Program-made: the position numbers and the translations under genes
Shown: positions 36,463 to 46,223 of the stretch, one piece after another
How positions within the stretch are numbered: position 1 is the stretch's first letter
How the letters are laid out: the number at the start of each line of letters is the position of its first letter
Origin: an uncultured virus (IMG/VR IMGVR_UViG_3300046782_000572)
Taxonomy: Duplodnaviria > Heunggongvirae > Uroviricota > Caudoviricetes
Length of the DNA stretch: 64,000 nucleotides
Direction: 5' to 3' (one strand)
IMG/VR virus record: IMGVR_UViG_3300046782_000572
The notes under the pieces: generated by a model
Told to the model about the DNA's origin: nothing
Databases searched by the model: none
The model's input: the letters and a program-made list of their open reading frames with translations, nothing else

Positions 36463-36822
36463 ATGGCTGGACCGATAGCAGGCACCGCGACCATCAAGGT
36501 CGACGGCAACATGTATCCGCTCAAGGGCAACCTGACGGTGTCTGGCTCGCCGGTCGAGCGCACCGGGATCGCCGGCCAGGACTACGTCCACGGCTATCAG
36601 GAGCTGCCGCGCGTCCCCTACATCGAATGCGACATGTCGACGTTGCCGGAAGTGTCGATCGAGGTCTTGGAGCAGATCACGAACTCGACAATCCAGGCTG
36701 ACCTGATCAATCAAAAGAGCTACGTGCTCCACAACGCGTGGTGCAAGCCGCCGCTCGATATCAACTCGCACGACGGCCAGTTTCGCATCAGGTTCGAGGG
36801 AATCAGTTGCGACGAGATTTAA
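36463..36822 (+). CDS. Tail tube protein (Mu gpM-like)
   Basis: IAGTATIKVDG, GQDYVHGYQELPRVPYI. Confidence 0.88.
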   Translation: MAGPIAGTATIKVDGNMYPLKGNLTVSGSPVERTGIAGQDYVHGYQELPRVPYIECDMSTLPEVSIEVLEQITNSTIQADLINQKSYVLHNAWCKPPLDINSHDGQFRIRFEGISCDEI

Positions 36823-36841
36823 GGGAGGGGAGGGGAATTGA

Positions 36842-37198
36842 ATGACAGAGCAGCCGCGAAAGATAGAGCCGGTCAAGGAGGCCGAACCGCCGGCAGACGA
36901 AAACGTGCGGCCGAAAGAACTGGTGATTGAATTGCGAAAGCCGGTGCAGGCTTTTGGCGCGACGCTCAAAGAGCTGACTTTTCGCAGGCCGACCGGCGGC
37001 GACATCATGGCGCTCGGGGATGTCTATCCGTATCACATCGAAATGACGACAGGCGCTTACAGGGCAAGCCCGGGGCCTATGGGGCGGATCATGTCGACTC
37101 TCGCCCAAGTGCCGCTGTCGACGATCCAGAGCATGGACGGCGACGATTTCGATCATTGCAGCGAGCTGTTGTTATACGGTTTTTTTCTACGACGGTAG
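36842..37198 (+). CDS. Tail assembly chaperone; probable -1 frameshift extends it to 37371
   Basis: LTFRRPTGGDI; T TTT TTT at 37180-37186 opens the -1 frame ORF. Confidence 0.8.
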   Translation: MTEQPRKIEPVKEAEPPADENVRPKELVIELRKPVQAFGATLKELTFRRPTGGDIMALGDVYPYHIEMTTGAYRASPGPMGRIMSTLAQVPLSTIQSMDGDDFDHCSELLLYGFFLRR

Positions 37199-37401
37199 GT
37201 GGCCGAAGGGTGGCGCCAGACGCCGCGGTGATAAACTGTTATCGCCTCGCGGAGATTTACGGACGAAACCCGGCGGAGTTTTTGGCGCTGCCTATAGAAG
37301 AAGTGTTTGACCATATATTCTGGACCGATCGAATGTTTGCGGCCGGCGAAAGATGGAAAAAACGCGGATGACCTGAAAGTCAACCGCCATCGGAGCTTGG
37401 A

Positions 37402-39843
37402 ATGGTTGACGATATCCTGCGCATGCGGGCGACGATTTCGACAGAGGAAAGCCTCGCGGCTCTCCGCACGTGGGGCCGCGAAATCGGCGCAATGCCGCAG
37501 CGGATCAAGCCGGCCGTAAATGACCTGAACAAGACCTTCGGGACTCTCGGCAAGACGATCCAGGGCGTCGGCAAGGAAATAACATCCATCGTTCCGTCTC
37601 TGGGCGCGTTCGGGCTCGGCGCTGCAGGCGCTAGCGTGGCCGCAGGCGTCATCCTGCGAACCTTCAGCGACGTGGCCGACAAGCTCGTTGAGCTGAAATT
37701 CGCCAGCAAAGAACTGGGCATGAGCGAGCGCGAAATTCGCGCTTGGAGCGTCGCGGCTCAGAAGGTTGGCGTTTCATCGCAGTCAATGATGCAGGGCCTT
37801 AAGGGATTTCACGATGCGATGGGAGCCCTGCAGTACAATCAGGGCAGCGCGATGGAGTTGTACGCCAAGGGCGCCGGGCCTCTGGCGTCGAAACTAAAGG
37901 GGTTGAAAGACGAGGGAAAGCAACTAGTCGAAGTCTTCAAATTCAAAGATACGCTTTTGACGCTGCCGAACGGTCAATATCGGGCGCAGCAATTATTCAC
38001 CGATTTGCACCTAAATGCCGAGTTGCTGAGGGTATCTGCGGATGAGGTTGCAGCGACGTTCGCAAAACTGACTCCGAGAACAAATGAACAAGAGGAGGCC
38101 GCGCAAAAGTACATAGAGGGTCTGGTAAACCTTGGCGAAACTTGGGACGAATTGAAGAACAAGGTCGCGACGCCGCTTTTCCCTTGGCTGACTTCCGAAA
38201 TGGAAAAGATGGAGAGATATCAGCAGCAATGGGACGACTTTCTAAAGTGGGTTGATTCAAAGAAGACGGCCGCTGGCACCTTGGGAGCGCCCGTGCAAAT
38301 GCCGCCGCCCCCATTGCCCCCCGCGTTCAAACCGCCATTCGTGCCGACGCCGCCCGGATCAACAGTGCCGGGGTTGCCCGGTGCGGTCTTCAAGTTCGCC
38401 GACATGGGGGGCGGCGGCAAGTACGACGACTTTCTGAGCGCGCTACCGTTCCCAAACGCAGAGGGCCAAATCGAGGACCGGCGCGGCGAGGGCGGCGATG
38501 GGAGCGGCGCGCAACGCATCGTCAAGGCAGGCGTGTTCGAAGCGCTGGTGGATTTCCAGAGCTATGCGCAGGCAGGCGCTGGGGGCGGGCGCGCGCAGTT
38601 CTTCGGCGGCGGCGCCACCGGTGGGATGGGCGCGAGCGGCGGTGTAGGCGGCGGCGGCGCCATCGGTGGCGGCGGCCTTGGCGCGGGCTCTGGCGGCGGC
38701 GGCGGCATCAACATTCCTGGCGGCATCGGTGGTGCTGCTGGCCCGACTGGCGGCGCTGGCAGCGCGGGGGATCGTGATGGCCGTCCGAGCGGCCCTGGTA
38801 GCGTTGGCGCGGGTACGGGCGGCGCCGCTCCAAGGGGCTCGGGGGGCGGTTCGGGTGGCATCACGGCCCCGGCAGGCACGGCGATCACAAAAACAGGCTT
38901 GGCGACTGTAACCACGCCGAGCGGCAAGCAATTCAAGGTAGACGCGCGATACGCCCAAAATTTCAAAGGCTTCCTAAGCGACTATGAAAAAGCGGGCGGC
39001 GTTCTCGGTCCCGATACCGGATCGCTCGGCTTTCGCCCAAGAAATGCCAGTGGGCACCCGATTGGCGCGGCAATCGATGTGAATCAGATCGGCTACGGCG
39101 TCCGCTCGAAACGGGGAACAAGCTTGGCACCCGACGTCGAGGACGCGCTCGCCGCCAAATGGGGAATGGTTTCCGGGCATCAATGGCGAAGACCTGACAC
39201 CGGACATTTCGGAATTCGTAATTTCGAAGCTGCCCGACAGGCGCTAATAAAAAACGGCGTCGAGCCAGGAAAGGCATCGGAGATCGCAGCACAATCAAGC
39301 GGCGGCCCGGGAAATGGAACGACCGTAAAGGGATCGGTATTTGGCAGCGGCTTCGGGTTCGGCACCGATCGAACCGAGCCATATGGCCGCAAGACGGCAT
39401 CCGGCGTGCCAAATTATGTCCCTGGCATTGCGCTGCCGTCGCGTTCCGGCCTGGGCAAGATGCACGAGGTAACAACGCCAGATGGCCGAACTTTCATGCT
39501 GCCGCAGACCGACATTGGGCCGGCGGCGCGCACTGGGCGCGGCATCGACATCTCGGCATCCGCTGCCGAGCAGATGGGCTACTCAAAGAAGGATTTCCCG
39601 ACCGATCAGCCTTTCAGCTACCGCCGCATCGACGAGCGCATTGCCGGCGCCCAGAAGGTCGACGGGCAGGTTCATGTCCAGATCCATTCCGATGGCACTG
39701 CGGCCCGCGCGAAAACGAAAACCAACGGCGATCTTTTCCAGAAGACATCGATCCAAAGCTACAAGCAGATGCAGCCGACGAGCGCGCCTGCCGGCAGGGT
39801 GAACGCGGACGCATCGACTTTGCCTGCCCAGGTGGGCAACTGA
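37402..39843 (+). CDS. Tape measure protein with C-terminal cell-wall-degrading-like domains
   Basis: Position after the chaperone; Gly-rich linker; SGHPIGAAIDVN and TDIGPAARTGRGIDIS motifs. Confidence 0.75.
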   Translation: MVDDILRMRATISTEESLAALRTWGREIGAMPQRIKPAVNDLNKTFGTLGKTIQGVGKEITSIVPSLGAFGLGAAGASVAAGVILRTFSDVADKLVELKFASKELGMSEREIRAWSVAAQKVGVSSQSMMQGLKGFHDAMGALQYNQGSAMELYAKGAGPLASKLKGLKDEGKQLVEVFKFKDTLLTLPNGQYRAQQLFTDLHLNAELLRVSADEVAATFAKLTPRTNEQEEAAQKYIEGLVNLGETWDELKNKVATPLFPWLTSEMEKMERYQQQWDDFLKWVDSKKTAAGTLGAPVQMPPPPLPPAFKPPFVPTPPGSTVPGLPGAVFKFADMGGGGKYDDFLSALPFPNAEGQIEDRRGEGGDGSGAQRIVKAGVFEALVDFQSYAQAGAGGGRAQFFGGGATGGMGASGGVGGGGAIGGGGLGAGSGGGGGINIPGGIGGAAGPTGGAGSAGDRDGRPSGPGSVGAGTGGAAPRGSGGGSGGITAPAGTAITKTGLATVTTPSGKQFKVDARYAQNFKGFLSDYEKAGGVLGPDTGSLGFRPRNASGHPIGAAIDVNQIGYGVRSKRGTSLAPDVEDALAAKWGMVSGHQWRRPDTGHFGIRNFEAARQALIKNGVEPGKASEIAAQSSGGPGNGTTVKGSVFGSGFGFGTDRTEPYGRKTASGVPNYVPGIALPSRSGLGKMHEVTTPDGRTFMLPQTDIGPAARTGRGIDISASAAEQMGYSKKDFPTDQPFSYRRIDERIAGAQKVDGQVHVQIHSDGTAARAKTKTNGDLFQKTSIQSYKQMQPTSAPAGRVNADASTLPAQVGN

Positions 39844-39844
39844 C

Positions 39845-40438
39845 ATGTTGATCAAAGACATCCCAAACGCGCCCTGGCGCAAGAAATGGTATCCGGCATG
39901 GTTTCGGGATGCGACGTTTTTTATGGAAACCGGCACTCGCGGCGGCGGCCGGCGCGTGGCGCTTCATGAGTATCCGAAAAGGTCAATCGATTATGCCGAG
40001 GACATGGGTAAAAAGGCGAACCGGTTTTTGGTCAACGGGTATTTGATAGGACCGAATTATCTCGTCGACAAAGACATTCTCATAAATGCGCTGGAAATGG
40101 ACGGCCCCGGCACGCTGCGTCTGCCGCTGCAATACATGGCGGTCGACCTCGAGGTGATGGTGCAGAACTACAGCGTTTCGGAATCGCGCGAGCGCGGCGG
40201 CTTCTGCACGATCGAAATGGAGTTCGTCGAGTACGGCACGCCGTTCTATCGCCCGACAGTCTCGACAACCGCAGTGGTCGCGCAAGCGGCAACGAACGTC
40301 GAAAACGCTGTGGTGGGGCCAAATGAGCCGACCACGACAACCGCCCAGCAGGCAGCGCCCTATGGGAAGGTGCTTCAGAACGCGGATACCTCGCCGGCGC
40401 CGCCTTCACCGCCAAGCATCTTCACGGGTGCGCCATGA
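39845..40438 (+). CDS. DNA circularization protein N-terminal domain (Mu gpN-like)
   Basis: GGRRVALHEYPKR..YAEDMG, GPGTL. Confidence 0.85.
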   Translation: MLIKDIPNAPWRKKWYPAWFRDATFFMETGTRGGGRRVALHEYPKRSIDYAEDMGKKANRFLVNGYLIGPNYLVDKDILINALEMDGPGTLRLPLQYMAVDLEVMVQNYSVSESRERGGFCTIEMEFVEYGTPFYRPTVSTTAVVAQAATNVENAVVGPNEPTTTTAQQAAPYGKVLQNADTSPAPPSPPSIFTGAP

Positions 40439-41103
40439 CGAGCGACGAAGCAAATGAGGTGCTTGGGATTGTCCAGCGCATCGGGCCGGTGGTGCTTTCG
40501 TCGGCGGTCAATCCGAGCGGAAGCATCGGCACCTCGCTGCGCCGGGCGGTCGGCATGATGATCGTGGACGTCAACATGACAAATCTGCCGACCTTCGCCA
40601 TCGCATTCATGGTGTGCCTGGAATTGGCCCGCATGAGCGCGGCGACGGTGGTGACGATGGACCGGGTCCGCAAGGCGGCCTTGGCAGAGGCGCCGGCGAG
40701 CCTTCCGGCGGTCCAGACGGTGCTCGCGATCGTGCGGCTGACGCTCGCCTGCGAGGCCCGCATCATCACGGCGATGACCTTCGTTTCCCGCGACGATGTG
40801 GACGCCCTCGCAACCGCAGCGAATGCGGCATTTGCTCAGACAAGCGATGTTGCGTCGGACGATCTCGATGCCGGGGTGTATCAGACGCTGATCTCGCTTC
40901 AAGCGGCCGTCGTCAAGCATCTCGCCGATCTCGGGCGCCTGCTCCCGCGCGTCATCAACTACGACTATCCCGTGGTGATGCCGGCGCTTCGCATGGCGCA
41001 GCTCGCCTACGCGGACCCGTCGCGCTTTGCCGAGCTGATCGCTGAGAACAAGATCATTCATCCTGCTTTCTGCCCGCGCCAGGGCAAGATGCTGGCGGTG
41101 TAG
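40435..41103 (+). CDS. Mu gpN C-terminal-like protein
   Basis: MPALRMAQLAYADPSRFAELIAENKIIHPAF. Confidence 0.7.
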   Translation: MTSDEANEVLGIVQRIGPVVLSSAVNPSGSIGTSLRRAVGMMIVDVNMTNLPTFAIAFMVCLELARMSAATVVTMDRVRKAALAEAPASLPAVQTVLAIVRLTLACEARIITAMTFVSRDDVDALATAANAAFAQTSDVASDDLDAGVYQTLISLQAAVVKHLADLGRLLPRVINYDYPVVMPALRMAQLAYADPSRFAELIAENKIIHPAFCPRQGKMLAV

Positions 41104-41104
41104 G

Positions 41105-42337
41105 ATGGCGCTCACGCTCCCCGCCCGTCTCGCTCCGCAGCCGATTCCGGTTCGCCTGAACACCGGCAAGGAAATCGCGACGCTGGAAGTGCGCGGCGGC
41201 CTCTACACAAACTGGACATCGGTGCGGGTCGAGCAGCGCGTGACGGAGCCGTTCCCGGTCTTTCAATTCGAGGCCACCGAAGAGAGCCCAATCCCGCAGA
41301 CCTGGGACGCCCTGCAGTTCGTGCCCGGCGACATCGTGCGGGTCTATATCGGCGGCGTGCCCGCGGTGTTCGGCTACATCACCGAGCGCCACGTCGGCCT
41401 GGACGCGAACAACCACGGCGTTCGCTTGATCGGCTGCGGCGACACTGTCGATCTGACAGATTCATCGGTGCCAATCGAGAAACTGAACGGCCACGACGGT
41501 AAAGCATGGTCGCAGTTGGCGCGCGACCTGATGGAACATCTCGGCATTGCATTGGAGGAAAAGGGTCTGGTCGATCCGACGCCCTACGAGAACATTCAGA
41601 TCCAGCCCGGCGACACAATAATGGCGGCGCTGGAACGCTACGCGAGGGACCGAAACATCGTCATCGGTTCGAACGCCAATGGCGGCCTGCTGGCGATCGG
41701 CGAGCATGCCGCAAGCCCAAGCGGCGACCTGATCGAGGGCGTGAACGTCCTGCGTGCGAATGCAGTGTTTCGGGATCAGAAGGTTTACAAAAAAATCTAC
41801 GTGCTCGGCCAGGGGACCGGAAGCGACAGCTCATACGGCGACGCCAAGAACAAGCAGATCGCATACGAGGTCGGAAGCTCGACGCGGAACCGCTACTTGG
41901 TGACGATTGCCGATGTCGCCGACACCATGCACGGCGTGCAGCGCCGGGCCATGATGGAGAAGGTCTTCACCGAGGGCAGCTTTCTCGACGCCCAGATAAC
42001 CGTCCAGGGCTGGTTCAAGGATCAGAACCAAAGCAGCGATGTGTGGAAGGCCGGCGAATACTACACCGTCACCTCGCCGTCGCTGATCCTCAACGGGCTC
42101 GTGCTCGGCTGTGCGGGCTGCGTCTACGAGCAGAACGATCAAGGCACCACGACCACGCTGCAGATGGTCAGGCCGATTCACATGAACGGCCTGCTCAATT
42201 ATCGCGACGCGATGGCGGAAACGATGGCGAAACAGAGGGCCGACGCCGCGGCGCAGGCGGCAGCGGACATCGCCGCGAAGGCCAAGGCCGACGAGGAAGG
42301 GACGGCGCAAACCAACGCGCCGTTGCTGAGGAATTGA
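41105..42337 (+). CDS. Baseplate hub protein (Mu gpP-like)
   Basis: WTSVRV, GYITER, DLTDSS, LIEGVNV, ITVQGW. Confidence 0.85.
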   Translation: MALTLPARLAPQPIPVRLNTGKEIATLEVRGGLYTNWTSVRVEQRVTEPFPVFQFEATEESPIPQTWDALQFVPGDIVRVYIGGVPAVFGYITERHVGLDANNHGVRLIGCGDTVDLTDSSVPIEKLNGHDGKAWSQLARDLMEHLGIALEEKGLVDPTPYENIQIQPGDTIMAALERYARDRNIVIGSNANGGLLAIGEHAASPSGDLIEGVNVLRANAVFRDQKVYKKIYVLGQGTGSDSSYGDAKNKQIAYEVGSSTRNRYLVTIADVADTMHGVQRRAMMEKVFTEGSFLDAQITVQGWFKDQNQSSDVWKAGEYYTVTSPSLILNGLVLGCAGCVYEQNDQGTTTTLQMVRPIHMNGLLNYRDAMAETMAKQRADAAAQAAADIAAKAKADEEGTAQTNAPLLRN

Positions 42338-42338
42338 G

Positions 42339-43349
42339 ATGAACCGCAACAGCCTCTTGGAGATGTCGGGGCGCGTCATGCACATGGTGCAGCGCTTCAC
42401 CATCAACCAGGGCAACGACAATCCGATGATGCAGACGTTGCACCTCGATGGGATGAACTCGGAGTTTCGCAAAGCCGTCGAGCGCTTCCAGCATTTCGGC
42501 TTCAGCTCCGTGCCGCTGGGGCGCGATCAGCAGCAGCAAGGCCAGCAAGGCGGCGGCGGCGGAACGGGCGGAAATGGCGAGGCGATTAAGGGACCGGCGG
42601 CCGAGGGAATTGCGCTCTTTCCAGGCGGTCAGCGCAACCATCCGGTGGTCATCGCGGTCGACGATCGCCGGCACCGCCCGATGGGGCTAAAGCCCGGCGA
42701 GAACGCGCAATATGACGACATCGGGCAAATGACGTTGATACGCCGCACCGGGGTCTTTCTGCTTTCGCTGGACGACCAGCAGCAGAGCGGCGGCGGCGGG
42801 AGCAGCGGGAGCGGCCAGAGCACGGAGCGGATGGTGTCGCTGCGCCATGTCGAAAAGAAAAAGCAGAAGCGCCCCGGGGGAAGCTCTGGCGGTTCCGGCA
42901 GTTCCGGCGGCGGTGCGAGCGCGGGGCAGCTCGACGCGAGCGGCAGCGGATCGAGCAGCGGCCAGCAGAACTACAAACACGAGGGCGACACCGTAAATAC
43001 CGAATTGCGGGTAACCAAGAAGAAAATCGATTTCAGGACCGGCGACAACAGCGTTGCCGATCACGACAAGGAAGCTGCTCGATGGACCTTCGGCGGCAAG
43101 GAGCACGTCGTTACCTCGACCGATAAGCACACCGTCCAAAGCAAGCAGGTGAACATAAATGGCACTACCTCGACCGTCGTGCAGGGTCTGCAGGTGAACA
43201 TCAACGGCACGCAAGGAATCGCCTTGGCCGGGCCGACATCGGTGAACGGAAATCCGGTCGCCACGACCGAAATGTTCGACGCGCGCGACAGACTGATTGC
43301 CGAACTCGCAAGCAGAGTGTCGGCGCTGGAAGCAAGGATGGGGGATTGA
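42339..43349 (+). CDS. Baseplate spike/assembly protein (Mu gp45-like)
   Basis: VERFQHFGFSSVP, VIAVDDRRHRPMGLKPGE. Confidence 0.85.
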   Translation: MNRNSLLEMSGRVMHMVQRFTINQGNDNPMMQTLHLDGMNSEFRKAVERFQHFGFSSVPLGRDQQQQGQQGGGGGTGGNGEAIKGPAAEGIALFPGGQRNHPVVIAVDDRRHRPMGLKPGENAQYDDIGQMTLIRRTGVFLLSLDDQQQSGGGGSSGSGQSTERMVSLRHVEKKKQKRPGGSSGGSGSSGGGASAGQLDASGSGSSSGQQNYKHEGDTVNTELRVTKKKIDFRTGDNSVADHDKEAARWTFGGKEHVVTSTDKHTVQSKQVNINGTTSTVVQGLQVNINGTQGIALAGPTSVNGNPVATTEMFDARDRLIAELASRVSALEARMGD

Positions 43350-43855
43350 TGGCCGACATCCGCTATCTGCAACAACTCGATTTTCCAAGCTACGCCGTCC
43401 AGCTCGACTGGCTGATGACGGATCAGAACCTCGTTGCCGAGGGGTACGACCTGCAATCGGCTGTCATCATCGCGCTCGGCACCGACGCGCTGGCGCCGAT
43501 CGACCAGGAGCTGCCCGACCCAGACGCAACGGATCGGCGAGGCTGGTGGGGAGACCTTGACGCAGAGGAGCTGTGGGACGGCTGGCCGGTCGGTTGCCTG
43601 CTCTGGCTTTTGCGTCGCGCGAAGATCACCGGCACGGCCGCAAAGCAGGGCTCGACCCTGGTGCGCGCCGAGGGCTGGACCCGCACCGCAATGGCGCCGT
43701 TCACCTCTCACATGATCGCGTCGCGCATCGACGTGCTGGCCGAGCAGACCGCCATCGATCGCATCGACATCGGCGTTGTGATCTATCGCGGGCCGCAGCC
43801 CGAGATCGAGCTTCGCTACAACGAGCTTTGGACCGATCTGCGGGGAGGGCGTTAA
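43346..43855 (+). CDS. Mu gp46-like baseplate protein
   Basis: LQSAVIIALGTD, DRRGWWGD, GCLLWLLRRAK. Confidence 0.88.
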   Translation: MMADIRYLQQLDFPSYAVQLDWLMTDQNLVAEGYDLQSAVIIALGTDALAPIDQELPDPDATDRRGWWGDLDAEELWDGWPVGCLLWLLRRAKITGTAAKQGSTLVRAEGWTRTAMAPFTSHMIASRIDVLAEQTAIDRIDIGVVIYRGPQPEIELRYNELWTDLRGGR

Positions 43856-43856
43856 A

Positions 43857-44930
43857 ATGCCGTGGCTCACCCCAACCCTGAAAGCGACTCGCCAGTTGAC
43901 GCGCGACTATGTGCTGAGCCAGCTCGGCGCCAAGGCGATGATCCCAAACTCGGTGCTGCGCATCATGAGCGATGCGATGGCCGGGCTCGGCAACATGGCC
44001 TATCTCTATTTGGATTGGCTCGCCAAGCAGATCATGGTCGATACGGCGGAGAGGGAATGGCTTGACCGTTTCGGCATCATCTGGCTGACGAATTCAGACG
44101 GCTCGAAAGGCCGCAAGGCCGCGACCTATGCCCATGGCACCGTTCTGTTCGAGGGAAATCCCGGCATCATAATCCCGATCGGCACGCTGCTGACCGGCGC
44201 CAACAACCTGCAATATCAGACCATCGAGGCCGGCGAGATCGACGCCAGCGGCCAGGGCACCGCCGACGCGGTGGCGCTGACGGCGGGCATCGCCGGCAAT
44301 CTGCCGGACGGGACCGCAGTGTCGATCCAGCCACCTGTGTTTGGCGGCCCGACTGCGACGCTGCAGGGCGACATGACGGGCGGGGTCGACATCGAGAGCG
44401 ACGACCAGCTACGCGAGCGCATCCTGTTCCGCATCCAGAACCCACCGATGGGCGGCAGTCAGGCCGACTACATACGGTGGGCGATGGCGGTGCCGGGCGT
44501 CACGCGCGCGTGGGCTGCGCCCGAGCAGGGCGTGGGCACTATCACGTTGCGCTTTCTCATGGACGACCTTTATGCCGACAATCACGGCCTGCCGACGCCG
44601 GCCGACATTCAGGTCGTGAGCGACTACATCGACACCATGCGCCCGGTGACGGTCAAGGATTGCTACGTTGTGGCGCCGATACTGTTCTTCTACGACATCA
44701 CCATCCGCAATCTGGTGAACGACGATCCGACCGTTCGCGGCCGCATCGAAACCTCGATCGGCGATATGGAATTCGGGCGCTCCGAGCCCGGCCAGACCAT
44801 GTTTCGGTCCTGGGTCGACGAGGCGATCAGCCAAGCGGTCGGCGAGCAGTCTCACGAACTCGACTTCGTCACGACGCCGATGCCGGCGCCCGGCTACATG
44901 CCGACGATAGGAACAATTTTGTACTCATGA
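43857..44930 (+). CDS. Baseplate J/gp47 protein
   Basis: ESDDQLRER, PPMGGSQADYIRWAMAVPGVTRAW. Confidence 0.9.
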   Translation: MPWLTPTLKATRQLTRDYVLSQLGAKAMIPNSVLRIMSDAMAGLGNMAYLYLDWLAKQIMVDTAEREWLDRFGIIWLTNSDGSKGRKAATYAHGTVLFEGNPGIIIPIGTLLTGANNLQYQTIEAGEIDASGQGTADAVALTAGIAGNLPDGTAVSIQPPVFGGPTATLQGDMTGGVDIESDDQLRERILFRIQNPPMGGSQADYIRWAMAVPGVTRAWAAPEQGVGTITLRFLMDDLYADNHGLPTPADIQVVSDYIDTMRPVTVKDCYVVAPILFFYDITIRNLVNDDPTVRGRIETSIGDMEFGRSEPGQTMFRSWVDEAISQAVGEQSHELDFVTTPMPAPGYMPTIGTILYS

Positions 44931-45460
44931 AAAGCGTAGCAGAAAGAGCGGCATACAATAGAAGCTGGCGGGCTGCGAATCCCGAGAAGGTCGCAGCGTA
45001 TAAGAAAAAATGGCCGCGAAACCCGGAGAACAAAGCCGCCTACGACAAGCAATGGCAGGCTGAGAATCCCGACAAGGTCGCCGCTGCCAACAAACGATGG
45101 TACGGCGCAAATGCCGAAAAGAAACGCGTATATAGGAGAGAGCACTATAGAAAGACCGGGGGATACGAAACTTTGAAATCGAAAATTGACTTTGAGAAAA
45201 GAGCGGCTCATTCCCGTCGTCACGCAGCAAAGAAAAACGGCTATGTTGAATGCACCGTTTTTCCGCCGCGGCCGACGGACAGTCGTTGCGACATCTGCTC
45301 TCGTGTAAAGAAATTAGTGCTGGATCACGATCATCATACTGGTGCTTTTCGCGGCTACATTTGCCGCGATTGCAATATGGGACTTGGCAAGTTGGGCGAT
45401 AATCTTGATGGCCTGTTGCGAGCAGTTGAATATCTGAAAGGCGAGCCGCGAGATGCCTGA
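44927..45460 (+). CDS. Endonuclease VII-type HNH (free-standing homing endonuclease-like)
   Basis: CDIC, LVLDHDHHTGAFRGYICRDCNMGLG; basic N-terminal repeats; lower GC. Confidence 0.85.
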   Translation: MKSVAERAAYNRSWRAANPEKVAAYKKKWPRNPENKAAYDKQWQAENPDKVAAANKRWYGANAEKKRVYRREHYRKTGGYETLKSKIDFEKRAAHSRRHAAKKNGYVECTVFPPRPTDSRCDICSRVKKLVLDHDHHTGAFRGYICRDCNMGLGKLGDNLDGLLRAVEYLKGEPRDA

Positions 45461-46223
45461 GCCCGACCGCCACGTGACCAGAACCGGCGAAGAATACGCC
45501 GACGCCCTGCAGAGCCTGTTGCCGCTCGGGCAGGCGTGGCCTCGCGAAGACGACAGCACGTTGATGAAGGTGGTCCGCGGGCTAACCGGGATTTGGGGCG
45601 ACATCGAAATCCGCGCCTCAAAACTCTTGGAGATGGAAAGCGACCCGCGCAGCACGATCGAGCTGTTGCCGGACTGGGAGCGAAATTTCGGACTGCCAGA
45701 CCAATGCTACGCCGAGCCGCAGACCATAGGCCAGCGCCAGCTCGCGCTCGTCATGCGGATGACGATGCTCGGAGCCCAGTCGCGCGAGTTCTTTATCGGC
45801 GTCGCCGCCCAACTCGGGTACTCGATCACCATCACCGAGTATCGCACCTTTGTGGTCGGCATCGACCGATGCGGAGATAATCGCATCTACGGCGACGGCT
45901 CCGATCCGATGTACAACGAATGGGGCCAGCCGATCAAAAACCCGAACGGTCAGAACGTGGCCGGGGGCGAGCTGTCGGAATATCCGTATTACGGTCTCGG
46001 CCCGGAAACCAACCGCTTCTATTGGACGGTGCACGTGCATCTGGCGGCGCTGACTTGGTTTCGCGTCGCCAAGGGACAGACCGGCGTCGATCCGCATCTG
46101 CGCATCGGGCTCGCAACCGATCTCGAATGCCTGCTGAACAGGTTGAAGCCGGCGCACACGCAAATCATCTTCGACTATTCGGGCATCGGAAAGCCCGGCG
46201 ATCCAATGGCAGGGACACCATGA
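45453..46223 (+). CDS. DUF2313/Mu gp48-like baseplate protein
   Basis: LLPLGQAWP, ELLPDWERNFGLPD, LECLLNRLKPAHT. Confidence 0.88.
   Translation: MPEPDRHVTRTGEEYADALQSLLPLGQAWPREDDSTLMKVVRGLTGIWGDIEIRASKLLEMESDPRSTIELLPDWERNFGLPDQCYAEPQTIGQRQLALVMRMTMLGAQSREFFIGVAAQLGYSITITEYRTFVVGIDRCGDNRIYGDGSDPMYNEWGQPIKNPNGQNVAGGELSEYPYYGLGPETNRFYWTVHVHLAALTWFRVAKGQTGVDPHLRIGLATDLECLLNRLKPAHTQIIFDYSGIGKPGDPMAGTP

Noticed and set aside
38580..38870. GGC-rich run in the tape measure gene
   Set aside because: 3-nt periodic glycine linker codons, not pentamers
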